A stretch of 64,000 bases of DNA from Marsupella aquatica (Eukaryota > Plantae > Marchantiophyta). Below the pieces are notes generated by a model. It was not told the origin of the DNA, did not search any database, and saw only the letters and a program-made list of their open reading frames with translations. A program made the position numbers and the translations under genes. Of this stretch, positions 11,829 through 24,592 are shown piece after piece (position 1 is the first letter of the stretch; every line of letters begins with the position of its first letter). The stretch spans positions 15,120,699 to 15,184,698 of the forward strand of contig OZ316894.1 in NCBI GenBank assembly GCA_973895155.1, given 5' to 3'.

Positions 11829-12097
11829 ACCCTCCTTAGGTTGATCGTCGGTATCTACTCTCTCCCGAGTGCTTGCCTAAGCAGCTGACAGTAGTTGGCC
11901 TCCCGTAGTCGTCTGCCTAGTTCGTGCTCGCAAATGAGCCACCATCTCCTGCAAGCGCTCCTTACCCCTCTCCTCTGCCGGTCCTTCTTCCCGTTGATCC
12001 TTCCTAGCCGCCGACGCTTAACGCGCCCTAACCCTAATCGGGTTTTCACCCTCAGCCTTACCTCCGGCCTCTGCCCGGGTTCCATGGTTGCCCCTAA

Positions 12098-12110
12098 TTG
12101 TTTATATTTT
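12098..12110 (-). promoter_or_regulatory. Candidate TATA box for the LTR ORF
   Basis: Minus strand AAAATATAAACAA about 90 nt inside the LTR 5' end, conserved in the other copies (e.g. 42393-42405). A telo-box-like TAGGGTTAGGG lies downstream. Confidence 0.4.
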
Positions 12111-12254
12111 CCTTGTTTTGTCACTATACTAAGGTGTTCCTAGGGTGCCTTCCTGCTTTACCCACTTAACCGGCCGAGTGATTCCTGTCTAGGCATCACA
12201 ATTTGGTCTGAATCAAAATTTGCATGACTTTGGTTTTAATCCATTTTTTTCAGT

Positions 12255-15200
12255 GTGCAAGATAATAGGAAAAGGATGTCTCAAAGGTTTTCTAGGGGCG
12301 ATGATGTGACCTTGACAATGGATGGTTACGACATTGGAAATGAGACAATTCAAAAAACAGATCCGCGAGAGAGTGTTCAAAATATTGTGTTGGGAGAGAA
12401 TCGAATTGGGGTTCTCATTGAGAAGGCCTATGGTGAGACCAGGAAGCTCCCTTTTCCAATGCCTAGGGCGGAAAATATTCATGATGCCATTGACTCATGT
12501 GTCATTTGGGATATGTCATGTGCATATCGATCTGCGGATAAGATTACTCAAAAACGCATCAGTATTGGTAGTTGTTCGACTCAAAAAGATAACAACATCC
12601 ATAATTTTGCAAATGTAGAGGAGGATGCTTCGACCACCCTAAGGCCAGGCGATGAGGTTGAAATGTTTATCTCTGGCCACTGTGTGACCTTTGGAGTTGT
12701 TTTCAAGACCGATCCAATGGAGAGATGTCATAACATATTACTCGGTGAGTCTCAGGTTAGTGTAAAAATCACAGATGTGATTCATGGTAGTAAGACTTTA
12801 CCTTACGCACATGGTGGAGCTGCAACAATTGAAGAGGCAAAGGGCTCTTGGGTTCTATGGGATGTGGCTGACGTCCACAATAAAGTATGGAATGTTGATA
12901 TCGATGGGAGCAACAAATCTTCCTCTAAGAAGCAGAAGGACAAGGCAGATTTTGTTTCATAGTCTTGTTCGGCAAACACCACAGACACTAAGCGTGACTA
13001 TTTTCATCGGGCAAACTGGATGTCAGAGTTGGTTGAACTCTACACTGGTTGGATCGAACCAAAATGGTTGCCACTGGAATGATCACTATCCCTCAAGTGA
13101 CGGCGGCAGTTGATGATGAAATTCTTGGTGATGACCATCTTGGGATTGCTCTGAAATATGTCATAGCAGCACAATACTTTCCCAACATCCACAAGGGAGT
13201 AGTGAGTTTGATTCGATGGCGGATTGATTCAACAAAACTAGTGGCAAATGGAAAATTTTTGTCAGACATTTTGGTGGAAGGTTCTGAGAGGATGGACTCA
13301 ATGGATAGGGATGAACTCAATGCGGATGTAAGTGACAGAGGAGTACTGCGTTCAAGGCCCTACAATTTTAACAAAAGGAATCAAGTAGATCCAAATGAAA
13401 AGAAGAGGAGGTTGTTGGAAACCAAGGCAATTTCAAAAACAACAGAGGCATCAATTGATGACGTGAAAAGAGAAAATTGTTGCAAGCAAAAATGTTGTCT
13501 CATTATGCCAAGGGAAAACATCGAAGATATTAGGATGGAATTTCATGGGATGTCAAGCGAGTCAAAAACGTCACATTTTCAACCTCTTTCACTATAGAGA
13601 GGATGATGTTTGTGATAAGGGACACCATGTTCTTAAGGGTATGGTCATATGCAGACATGCATTTGCAATGATCCACGGTTTGTCACACCAAATATTATGA
13701 TTACAAAAGGAGATATATGGAGGGTTGCAAAATTGGGTTCCATGGCAATACTGGCTTGATGAAAACAAGCTAGGGCAAATACCTTACATGCACAAGCTCT
13801 TACTCGAAATGCAAAACCCATGCCTCATATGCCTTATGGAGGGGCACATGGGACAGACTCTATTGAGTACCGTCTTTTGGCGTGTTACAAGAAGCTAGAG
13901 ATTCTGGAAGATGTGAGAACAAAGATGAAGGAAGAAGGGCTTCCTCCTGTCATAGAGAATACTCTCTACAAGATTTGGAGCAACTCATTCGCAAACTTCA
14001 GTTTTCATAAAGATGATGCATTTGCCAAGTGTACTCTTTGTTGTGAATACAAAGACAGTTTGATGCGAGAAAGAAGGAAAAAAGAACGTGTTGAAATTGA
14101 AGAAAAACAAGCGCAACATCTTTGTGAGCAAATATCACGTAGATATGTTTACTACGCTCATCGAGTGATGGCCAAACAACACCCAGGAGAATATCTTTGC
14201 ATTATTCACGACAAGATGGATCAAGCAAAGACATGGATTCCAAAAATGGGTAGTATTCCTAAATCTCTTTCGGGTCATGGAATGCTACTACCTATTGCTC
14301 TTACAGGGATGTTGACTCACGAGAGGGATCCAGGAGTTTATACACACTTTAGTGTCACTGGCCTTTGGGTAGAAGATGCTGATTTCATGGTGACATCCTT
14401 GGCTAAGTGTCTTCGAGACCTTGAAGAGTACAATGGAGACAAGAAAGGTGACATGTTGGATGGCCTTCATTGGGAACCTCAAAGACCTTTCTTTCAAGCC
14501 CTACTTGACTTTGAAGCATTTTTGACGGGTTATTTGGAACCAAAGAATATATCGGTGAATAGGTATGTTGGTTCTGAAGATGGAGCTGAGAGTCGGACTG
14601 AGACCTCCCAAACCGGCAAGATGAGGATGATGGAGAAGACATGCATGGAGAGCAAGGTAGTCCATCGTTCAAGCCCTTGCCAAGGCACCTAACATTGCAG
14701 ATGGATAATTCAGCAAAGGACAACAAAAACCAGACTGTCATGGCATTTTGTAGCGAGCTTGTGAGTAGAGGAGTATTTGAAATTGTTCAAATGTCTTTCC
14801 TAATGGTTGGTCATATGCACGAAGATGTTGATGCACTCTTTTCAAAGGTATCATATCAAAGTGCAGCACAAAGAAGTTGCAACCCTCCTTGCTCTTATGG
14901 CAGAGGTATGGGAATGCGAGAGCATTCATCCAGTTCCCAGATTGATACAAGAAGTTGCATCTTACAAAGAATATCTTCAAACTTTCAAGGTGAAAGATAT
15001 TCAAGGTCACTCAAAACCTGTATCATTTCATTTATGAGAGATAATGTACCAATATTTCAGTATAAGTCCCATGTAAGGCAAGTTTGGGCTCCAGTTGGTG
15101 GAAGGTGGATTTGGGCATTAGATCTAACAACAAATTCTCTTCTTTTACCTAGTGGAGAGCCCTTAGCTAAATCCATTGGAGAGATACACAAAAAATCTGA

Positions 15201-16021
15201 AGAGATTATCCCATTTCTTAACAAGTACCTTGATTTTTTGGGAAGGAGTAAGTTGCACTGATGAGACATCTATAACATATAAGGAAAGATTTCCTCTTGT
15301 GAAATATTGGGAGAGAATTGTGGAGTTGTTGACAAATGGCCTCGCACTAGAAGGGGAGGGAAGTACTCAATTTCCCTTGAAAAACAGATTTTGGCCTAAG
15401 ACTAACCACGACACTGGTTACAAGGTCAACCAGCCGGAACAAAGTGGTCCTCCAAGTGAAGATGAGGAGAATGCAGAGACGACGGCTCTTCAAAATGAGG
15501 TCTTGGAAGAGATGGAAGATCAAGCAGCACCATTTGTTGGATCTCAAGCTGAGAGAGAACAAGGACGATGGATTCCTTTACAAGATATTTGTGAAGGAAA
15601 CTTTGTATTTCTTCGACCCGAGGATGACTGGGAGAATAAAAATGGTGGAGGTCATTTCTGGTTGGTGAGAGCTTTGGGTTTGGTGGACCCAAATCATGAA
15701 GTCCCAACAACATCTTCAACAAACCCTTCTCTGCCTCGACAATACGCTCCAATGTTCCCAGTTGAATGGTGGAGGCCTAAACACTCTAAACTTGATGTGA
15801 TTGAGAGTGCGCGGTATTTAAATTGTTTCATGTCCACTAAGACATGGGAACGAGATCCAGGGTTTGGTGAGAATACTCAACATATATTGGCAGTATGCAA
15901 TTTCTGCAATCTATGGTTTTAAATCTAGAATGAAAGAAGAAAACATGGCGGGCAGAGGTTTGAAGATCCCTCGAAATGTTCTACAAACTGTCCAAAATTA
16001 TCTTCAAAGGATGGACAAGTA
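12255..16021 (+). pseudogene. Frameshifted transposase gene: 2-3 Tnp1/En-Spm-like repeats, Cys cluster, Sola-like catalytic domain
   Basis: GDEVEMF...TDP..RCHNILLG...LPY....TIEEA.GSWVLWD repeats; CCKQKCC; FAKCTLC; IIHDKMDQAKT; LQMDNSAKDNKN; FLMVGHMHEDVDALFS. Splice acceptor tttttcag near 12253. Confidence 0.8.
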
Positions 16022-16063
16022 GACTTAGTTGTTAGAAGCTATAATAATTAAATAGATAGTTAC

Positions 16064-16203
16064 TGTTGTGAGACAAGGTTTTTCATCATAGTAATAGATA
16101 CTTCACTCCATTAAGGTATGGCTTTATATAGCCATTGGGTTACAGCATGTAAGGTTAAAGGTAACCTTATTCTAGGGTTAAAGGTAAACTATGGTTTACA
16201 ACA
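16064..16203 (-). repeat. 3' LTR of Bianca-type element
   Basis: TGTTGT...ACAACA, direct repeat of 24453-24592. Confidence 0.95.
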
Positions 16204-16879
16204 CTCCCCCTTGGTTAGTTTATGGGTGTATAAAGTAACCACATTTTAATTTATTTTTAACCCTAGATTATTTCATTGGTATTCCCATTGATGTAGCCTC
16301 ATTAAAACCTTGTCGCTTTCTTCTCAAGGAAAGAGTACTACCATCATTACATATTGGGATCCAATGGTTCCGTTTTGGATATCCTAATTTTGTTTTGACT
16401 AATATGTTTCCTATGAGTATGGTTATACTGTGTCTATACTATACGACTGAGTTGGGTCTTTCGCTTTCTCCAAGATGAGTTCTTGAGGTCCGTAAGGTCT
16501 TCAGCGTAAGTCGTCGGGGCGGGAGCTTGGCGTATGAGTGGTGATGTCCGATCGAGTCGTCAGGTGCAGCTCGATTCGTTGTGTTGTTCCGTGTCTTTGA
16601 ACATCCGTCCCTCAGGTGAGTCGCCTTTGCACCTTATTGTGGCCTTTGTGGTGGTGGCTTGTTAAGTGTTGGCGATCTGCATCACAGTAACGGTGATGGA
16701 CAAAGAAGGAAAGAAGATGAAGTGAAATGCATGAACGGAGTTGCGAACCTCTAGTATGGGCTGTTTCTGTCGGGTCCGTTCGTCATTAGTTGGATTTTGC
16801 GTGCTGGCATTTGCAATTTATGTGCTTTTTGTTAAGGATTGTATGTCCTGGCTTTCTTGGAGTAATATGGATAGCTTTT

Positions 16880-19800
16880 TCATACCTTTCCAGCGACGTG
16901 GTCTCTATGAGTTCCAGCAGGTAGAGGTTTTGTGAATATATCTGCCATGTTATCCTATGATCGAATCCATTCTACTTGTATGTTCTTGCCTTGCTGTTCT
17001 TGCATAAAGAAGAACTTGGGATCAATATGCTTGGTTCTTTCGGTTTTCATAATGCCGTTGACGATTTGGTCTATGCAGGCTTTGTTATCCTCATAGATTA
17101 TTGTGGGTTTGGTTATCTTCGACTTTCCCGTGCTGGTCCTGATGTGGTTAATGATACTTTGTAACCATAGGGCTTCTCTGCATGCCTCGTATAATGCTAT
17201 GACTTCATAATGATTTGATGATGTGGTTGTCATCGTTTGCTTTGTGCTACGCCAGGATATTGCAGTCGTGCCTTGCAGGAAGACATAGCCAGTTTGAGAT
17301 TTTGAGTCTTGGGGGTCAGATAAGTATCCAGCGTCTGTGTATCCGATGAGGTTGTCGGGGCTGTCTTTTGGGAAGAAAAGACCCAGGTCGGGGGTGCCTT
17401 GGAGGTACCTAAATATCCTTTTGATGCCATTCCAGTGGCGGTGTCCGGGAAACCGTTTGAAGCGGTCTGAAAACTAGTTTTAGTAATATCTTAGGGACTT
17501 ATTTGAACATAAGTTTATATCACTTTCTAAGCACTCTATCTTCCATCAAATCTCATTCGCTAGTTTCAACTAAGGTTCTAACATTTAAACATTTTAAAAG
17601 TCCAAACATGAATTCTTTTAAGAATCTTTAACTTTCAGTTTGTTTTTACCCTAATTTTAACCAATAGTTTCAAAAGTATTGCTAAGTTCAGTCTTTGTTT
17701 TAAAGTCTAATACTCAAACTTTTCTTAAGCTTAGTTCGAATGAAAATCATTTATATAACTTCTTTTCATCCATTCACCTTGAATCAACATCCATTTCATT
17801 TATAAATTCAAGAGTTACAATCAATTTTTATTTATTTTTGGTAAGCCACTCATTTATTTCTTTTTCAGGATTGAAGTTACATTGCCTTTTGGCTGTCTCA
17901 AACTCTAGTTTTTCGGCGTCAATTCAGCTCAGGTCAGTCTCAGTTCATCAGGTCAGTCGTCAATTGTTTCTCCTAGACACTTGTTACAAAGCCTCATTCT
18001 CCGACAAGCCTCCTTTTTGTCTTCATTCCTCTTCTTTGCTTCTTGGGCCTCCTCTTCTAGCCCTCCTTTTTTTCTCGTCTCAATCTTCCAATCCCATAAA
18101 AGAAAGAACTTTCGTCCAACTTCTCCTTCACCATCCATTCTTTCTCCAAAACAGAGCTCCACTTTCCAACTCTACTTTCTATTTTCTAGTCTAAGCTATA
18201 AACAGGAACAATATTCATTTTCTTTCACCTTATGCACAACTTTTTACTTTGGATACTCCTGAACGAGTGCAGATAATTTCCGCTTAGAAGTTTTTAGTTT
18301 CCTCTGTTATTTACGTCCAGCAGTCCAGAATCAACTTCTCTTTTTGTCAGCCTCAAGCTTGATCACAACAATGAACGAATTCTTCAGCCCCGAGCTTCCC
18401 ATTTTTCATCTTTCTTCCACTCCTTTGGACTCTCAAAATCAGCCTCTCGCCTGCTTCAATACTCGCTTCAACAGAATCCTTCTTCATTCTCGACTGCCTA
18501 TTTTCTGACTCTGCACGTCAATCCTTGGTGCATTTTTTTATCTCCATTTTTGCCATAGCCTTGTCTCCAGTACACGTTCCTCCTTCGGATTACTTCTCAT
18601 TAATGTAGTCACAAATTCTCATCCTTCTTCATTTTTCTTTTTCAACGTTTTCATGCCTCTTTGCTTTCATTCCCCTTAGCTCTATTTGCTCCCTTTACTC
18701 CCGCTCGAACCCCACAATACCATCGCCCATCATTTCTTGCCGTTCACAGAATTAATCTTTCCACACCATCGTTCAGCAGCAACGCTCTTAGAATTCATTC
18801 TCGGATCTTTATTACATGGCACTTTCGCTTTGATCTCTAGTCCTCTTTTCCTTCATTGTAGCTTATACCCTATGAATCTTGATACTTTAGTCCTTCATTT
18901 CTTTCGCCTGAAACTAAATTCTTCTTAACAACCTTGACTCTAGCGCCCATGTGCTTTCCTTTGACAGTCCGCCTCGCTTTACCCGAAAAAGAAAAATTTC
19001 CTCAACATAAATCATCATTCCTGCATTTTTAGCTCCTTTCTGCACCTTCACAGTCTGCTAGCTTCGCTCTCTTCACTCATTGTCATTCCATTTCAATCCT
19101 CTACACCCACGATCAGCATCGCTTTTAGAATTTATTCTCGGATCTTAATCTTGTGCTTCTTTTTCTCTGTTCTCTAGTCCTCCCTTGCCTATTCCATAGC
19201 TTTCGACTTCCTTCACGTAAAGTTTCTCTCACCATGAAGAAGCTCTATCTCCTCTCTCCCTGATTCTCAATAATGCACTCGGTTTCTCCCTGTTTTCCTT
19301 CCTCGGACTTCGGCGTCTCCTATCCCTCACCTCAATCTTCCGAAAGGTAAATTCTCATATCCCAATCACCAACCGCAACTCCACTCTCTGTTTCTCAATT
19401 TTAATCATACGCTTTCACCTACAATCATACGCCTTTGCCTTCACCCAAAAATCTCAAAAACTCTACATTCACCATCCACTCACGAACTCCATAGCGCCTT
19501 CGTCTAGTTCACCCAAAGAACGAAAATTCCACAACAACAACAACCTTTCCTTTCGACTGAATCTCCCCCTTTTTCCTCTAAACTTCTGAGCGCACAGATC
19601 ATCCTTCAAAAACTTTTTGCCCTATTCCTCCCGTCCTCCTTATCCCCTCTTCACTTGATCACTTTTTCGACTGCCTCCATTTCGCCCTTCGCCTTCCTCT
19701 TCTCGTTTCCTCATTCCTCTCAACTCTTTCCCGAGAATCCCTCTAACGCCCTCCGCGCCTCCAACTGCCATCTCCAACATGTCCTTATGAATTCGAATAC

Positions 19801-22800
19801 TCCCCAGGCCGCCACATGTCACTTCCACATTAAATGCCTCAAATTCCTTATGCCTAAGCTTCAACTTTCACCCTTTATTCCTCTTTTGTCTGACTCACCT
19901 TCATCTCAAGTTCAGTTTACTCTTTGTTTCTTTCTTTCACAAACAGAGAACTAAATCATTCCGAGCCGGACAAAAGCAAGTCGACTAGATCCAGCACACT
20001 CCACTTCAATTGTCAAACATTTTTCCCGACGACAGCGGATTGTCGGTTGTGAGCTGTGTCTTGCAAGGAGACTAACTGAGAATGAGATATCAGGCCGTGT
20101 GTGATTCGCTAGGTACATTAGCGCTCCCACAGCAGATAGATAGGGTTTTTCCGAGCCTAAGATAGGTTCGTGATCTTGTCTGCGTCTGAACATATCTTTT
20201 GCTGGGTCAAGGGACCGGAGTTCCATTGGTGTGGAGACCGGGTGTGATAGGTGCATGTTGAACTGTTTGATAATCTTTTGTGTGTATGTTGATTGGTAGA
20301 TAAAGGTGCCATTCTGGAGGTGCTCGAATTGTAATCCTAAGCAATATGTTGGTTTGCCCAGGTCTTTCATTTTGAACACTCCTTTCAGAGTTCTGATAGA
20401 CTCTTTGATAATTGTGGGTGTCCCAAACAGGTTCACATCGTCGACGTACAGTGCTAATATAATGAATTCGTCGTTCCTTTGTTTGATAAAGGGACATGGG
20501 GCAATATTGTTGTTGGTGAATCCAAGGTTGATCATCTCTGTTTTAAACTTCTTGTACCATATTCGTCCGCTCTGTTTAAGGCCATTTATGGAGCGTAATA
20601 CATTTACGGCTAATGTCGGTTTGTCAGATCCTGTATTTCCACGGGTTTTCTTATGCTTGTCTTGTGTATGTCCACTGTGCATAAGGAGCATTTTAACCGT
20701 TTCATCAGGTATGATCTGTCGTATACCCGACTTGATATCTGGGCTCAGGTTCTGGGACGTCTCCCCCTGAGTATAGTGTTTCACTCTCTGGATCAATTCT
20801 TGAGGTGCTTTCATGTAAATGTCTGTGTCCAGAGTGCCATAAAGGTACTCAGTTACCATGTCCATTAAATTGTTGATAAGTTTATGTTGTATGGAGAAAA
20901 TAATAAGGTATCTGTATGTGATTGTGTCCATGACGGGTGAATATGTGAGGTCTTAATCCCTGCCTGGTATTTGTGTATACCCTTTGGCTACTAGTCTTGC
21001 TCTGTATCTTATTACTTCTCCTTTTGCATTTTGTTTTCTAATGAATGTGAATTGGGATTCTGTGTAGTTGTTACCTGGTGGTGCCGGTATAAGTGGTCCA
21101 AAGACCTGTCTTTTGATAAGGGCGTCCATCTCCATGTTGATGGCCTCTTGCCATTTCGGCCAATCTGTTCTTTGTTGAGCTTCTTTCATAGTAAGTGGGT
21201 CTGGTGTATCACTTTCTATTTCTTGTGCTATATGATATACAAACTTTTCGTTTATTTCTGTGGTCTGTCGTTGGTATATCTGGCCAGTGTTTTGATATTT
21301 GATCGAGATTTCTTCATTATCGTGGCTTTGGGAGTTTGTTGGTGCTGAGTGTATGATACTTAATGTTGTGACAGGATTCGTAGCCGGGGTTCTTTTCTGT
21401 CGTGAATGGTTGTCTTTTGCTCCTGGGGGTCTTCCCCGTTTTGCTCTCGGTGCTGTTTCAGAAGCGGGGGTCTCGAAGGTCTGCACTCATGCAGGTACAT
21501 TGGCTGCTTCTACATGTGACCTGGTCACGATCGTTGCATCATTGAATGAGTCTGGAATTTTCTCTAGCATCTCATTGAGGTGGATGATTCGTCTGACTTC
21601 TTCATCTGCTCTTTTGGTTCTTGGGTCTTGGTGGATGAGGTTTAGATTATTCCAATTGAGGTTCTGTTGGATCTGGTTGTATAATGTTGCGTCTGTTGAT
21701 AGTGTTGGGAATTTGTCTTCATAGAAGTGGCAGTCTTGGTGTCGAGCTTTGAATAGATTTGATGTGGTAGGTTCAAGGTATCGGATAATGGATGTGGAAT
21801 CAAATCCTACATATATGTTGGGGTGTCGTTGGGGGCCAATTTTTGTCCTTTTAGGTCCTAAGGTTGGGACCATAACTTTGCATCCGAATATTCGTAAGTG
21901 TGATAAATCCGGTGGCGTTCCTAATGCCAAATGATATGGGGTCTTTGAGTTATATGCAGACGGTCTATATTTGAGTAGTGTTGATGCATGTAGGATAGCA
22001 TGTCCCCAGGCGGATAGTGGTAAGTTTGAGTGCATTAACATTGGTCTTGCAACCATTTGTAGTCGTTTAATAACCGATTCGGCTATGCCATTTTGGAAGT
22101 GTACATGTGGGACTGAGTACTGGGTATCGATTCCAGCTGCCCAGCAGAAGTCATCGAAGGCTTTCGAAGTGAATTCTCCTACTCCATCGACTCTTAGTAT
22201 GCGTGTGGGGTGCTCAAGGAACTGAGCTCTTAATTTTAAAATGTGGGCCAATATTCTTGCAAAGACCAAGTTGCGTGTTGAGAGTAGGGAGATCTGTGAC
22301 CATTTAGTTGAAGAGTCAATGAGTACTAGGAAGTACTTGAATGGGCCACTAGGAGGGTCAATAGGGCCGCATATATCCGCATTGAGTTGTACTAAGAAGT
22401 TGGGGATTTTATATTCGGTTTTTGGGATCGATGGGCGTGTTATCATTTTGCCTTGCGAGCAGGCCATACATTGTGTCTTCCTGGCATTGGGTTTGGCCAT
22501 CTTGGGGATTCCTGTGGAGTCTCTGATAATTCTGCTGTACATGTTAGTTCCAGGGTGACCGAGTCTGCAAAGCCAGGTATGTGTTATGTCAGATGTGTTT
22601 TGTTCGATGTGGTATGCTTGGATAGGAGCTGCATATAGGCCAGGTGGTATTAAGGGTAATATCTCCAAAATTTGTGGTATGCCTTCCTTGTCTTGGAGTA
22701 TTTGTAGGGTTTCGGTTTCACCTTGTTTTTCTGTTCTCAATTGATATTGATTAGCGCGTATGTCTTGGAAGCTGATCAGGTTTCGTGTAGCTGTTGGGGC

Positions 22801-24026
22801 ATATATTGCAGCTGCTATATATATTTTGGTTCCTCCTGGGAGTAGAATTGTTGCTTTGCCTTTGCCTTCTTCAATTTGGTTGGGTCCGGCGATTGTAGTC
22901 AGTGTTCTCGAGGATGGGGTGATATATTCAAAGTATTTATTATGTTTCAGTATCGTATGTGAGGTTCCGCTGTCGATGATGCCTATATTGGGGTCATTAA
23001 ATGGTGGGTGCTGCAGGTTTGGTGTGGTTGTATGTGTTTCTATTTGAACTTCATTTTCTTTGAATGCTGCGATGTCCTCTTCAATTTCCATGCAGTTGCC
23101 TTGTGGAGTGTGTCTCGTTTGGTTTCTTTCATTAGTATATCGTTGTGCCTCCTGGTCAGATGCTTTGCAGTCTTTCCTAATGTGGCCTATCTTGCCGCAT
23201 CTATAACATAGTTTTTGATGGTTGCTTGTGGTCTTGTTTTGGAGGTTTCGCCATCTGCCCCTGCCTGAGTTTGGTCCGCGTTTCCATGTGTTGCGAGGTG
23301 GTAGGAACATACGACTGCTCAACGGGTGGTATCTTCCTTGTCCCCTGAATTTTCCTCTTCCTCCCCTATATGGTGTTCGGCCTCCATTGTTTCTTCGTCT
23401 GTCATCGTTATAGCTGCCGTAATTTGCTTCTGGCCGATGGGGTGGTGGATCAGATCCTGCTAGTCTTTTTCTTGCATTATGAAGTGCTACGATTTGTTGT
23501 TTCTCTTCCACTAATAAGTGGGCTATAAGGTCCGAATAAGTCATAAAATTCATATTTTGGTATTGGGTTCCCAATGCTATGTTGGCTTCTGGGAATGTTG
23601 ACAATGTTTTGTCAATTCGGTTGTTATCGTTTACTGGGTGGCCACACATTTCAAGTTGAGATGTAATTCTAAATAATGCGCTGTTATAGTTTGCGATTGA
23701 TGTGTGGTCCATGACTCGCAGGTTATGCCAGTCCCTTCGTGCTTCGGGGAGCCATATTTCTCTCATATGATCAAATCTTGATTTGAGTTGGTCCCATAGC
23801 TTTCATGGGTTTACCTCATTCATATATTCATTCTTCAGTTGTGGTGATAGGTGTTGTCTCAACAGGAATGCAGCTTTAGCTTTCTGTTTCAGAGTTAGAT
23901 TTGCATCTGTATATAGTGTGTCGTCCAACTCTTGGGATGCAAAATATGGACATCTGTTATCCATGTCAAATAATTTGAACCATCGACTTTTAGTGCCGGC
24001 CAGAGCAGTTTCTCGACTATATTCAT
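16880..24026 (-). pseudogene. Copia gag-pol with stops, frameshifts and a 2.6-kb insertion in RT
   Basis: DGSNYLTW, CYRCGKIGH, IIDSGTSHTI, ADICGP, QNGIAES, YRARLVAKG, GLKQSGR, YVDD, IYEDNKACI, TKHIDPKFF. Confidence 0.9.
17442..20034. mobile_element. 2593-bp non-coding insertion with TG...CA ends and 4-bp TSD GCGG (solo LTR or Ginger-like element)
   Basis: Splits the copia RT at SQPTIR/HWNGIK. Ends TGTCCGGGAAA and TTTTCCCGACGACA form an imperfect inverted repeat. Pyrimidine-rich plus strand. Confidence 0.8.
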
Positions 24027-24437
24027 CGTCGATTATATATTGGAGGTCGACTTGATGTCTTCTATAATTGTAATATTTTGCACATTGTTAGTTGCGGATC
24101 GGAATTTGATTTAATTTTGTCTCTGTCTTGTCTCAATCGTGTTTGATCTTGGCATTCACTTCGGATTTCTATTGGGTCTTTGATGTGCGAAAGAAAGGGA
24201 TAAAAGAAATGGATACTACGCGTCTAAGAGATTGACTACTATGAGTAGGTAAAAAAAAATTCTGGAATCTGCTCGGTGGGTCAAGATTGGGTGGGATTTT
24301 TGGAAGGTGATCAGGGGCTATGGCGAGTAAAAAAAATGGTTGGGGCAGTTATTTTTGAAAAAAGTGAACCATGAAATGATATTATCCTCGTTGAAACATC
24401 GAGGCATGTATTCTATATTTTTGGTGTGTAGAGCATA

Positions 24438-24452
24438 CTCGTGCTGATAACG
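24438..24452 (-). promoter_or_regulatory. Bianca-type PBS (internal tRNAi-Met half)
   Basis: CGTTATCAGCACGAG directly after the 5' LTR. Confidence 0.85.
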
Positions 24453-24592
24453 TGTTGTGAGACAAGGTTTTTCATCATAGTAATAGATACTTCACTCCAT
24501 TTAGGTATGGCTTTATATAGCCATTGGGTTACATCATGTAAGGTTAAAGGTAACCTTATTCTAGGGTTAAGGGTAAACTATGGTTTACAACA
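24453..24592 (-). repeat. 5' LTR of Bianca-type element
   Basis: Direct repeat of 16064-16203. Confidence 0.95.

Larger units (their letters stand above)
1..12200 (-). mobile_element. Ty3/gypsy LTR retrotransposon, non-chromovirus type (family A); 3' LTR runs off the window start
   Basis: 1-1339 is a near-identical direct repeat of 10862-12200 (offset 10861). Both LTRs begin TGTGATGCC on the minus strand. PBS and PPT are present. Domain order is gag-PR-RT-RH-INT, with no chromodomain or archaeal RNase H seen. Confidence 0.95.
7563..12200 (-). repeat. 5' LTR, 4638 bp (TGTGATG...CACCACA)
   Basis: TG...CA ends and adjacent PBS. The same two ends recur at 42235/49969 with a 5-bp TSD and at 42303/47264. 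Confidence 0.93.
16064..24592 (-). mobile_element. Ty1/copia LTR retrotransposon, Bianca-type, full length but decayed
   Basis: 140-bp LTRs (16064-16203, 24453-24592; 3 differences seen), TSD GTTAC on both sides, PBS CGTTATCAGCACG, PPT CAAGGGGGAG, order gag-PR-INT-RT-RH. Confidence 0.95.

Noticed and set aside
12026-12040. CCCTAACCCTAA in family A LTRs as a telomere insertion
   Set aside because: Only two units and a fixed part of the LTR consensus; at most a telo-box-like motif.
21-12143. Many short plus-strand ORFs (and their counterparts at 42-53 kb)
   Set aside because: Antisense or alternative-frame shadows of the long TE ORFs; Ser/Leu-rich, no motifs.
17679-19954. ORFs within the 2.6-kb insertion
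   Set aside because: Products of pyrimidine-skewed, low-complexity sequence (F/S/L-rich).
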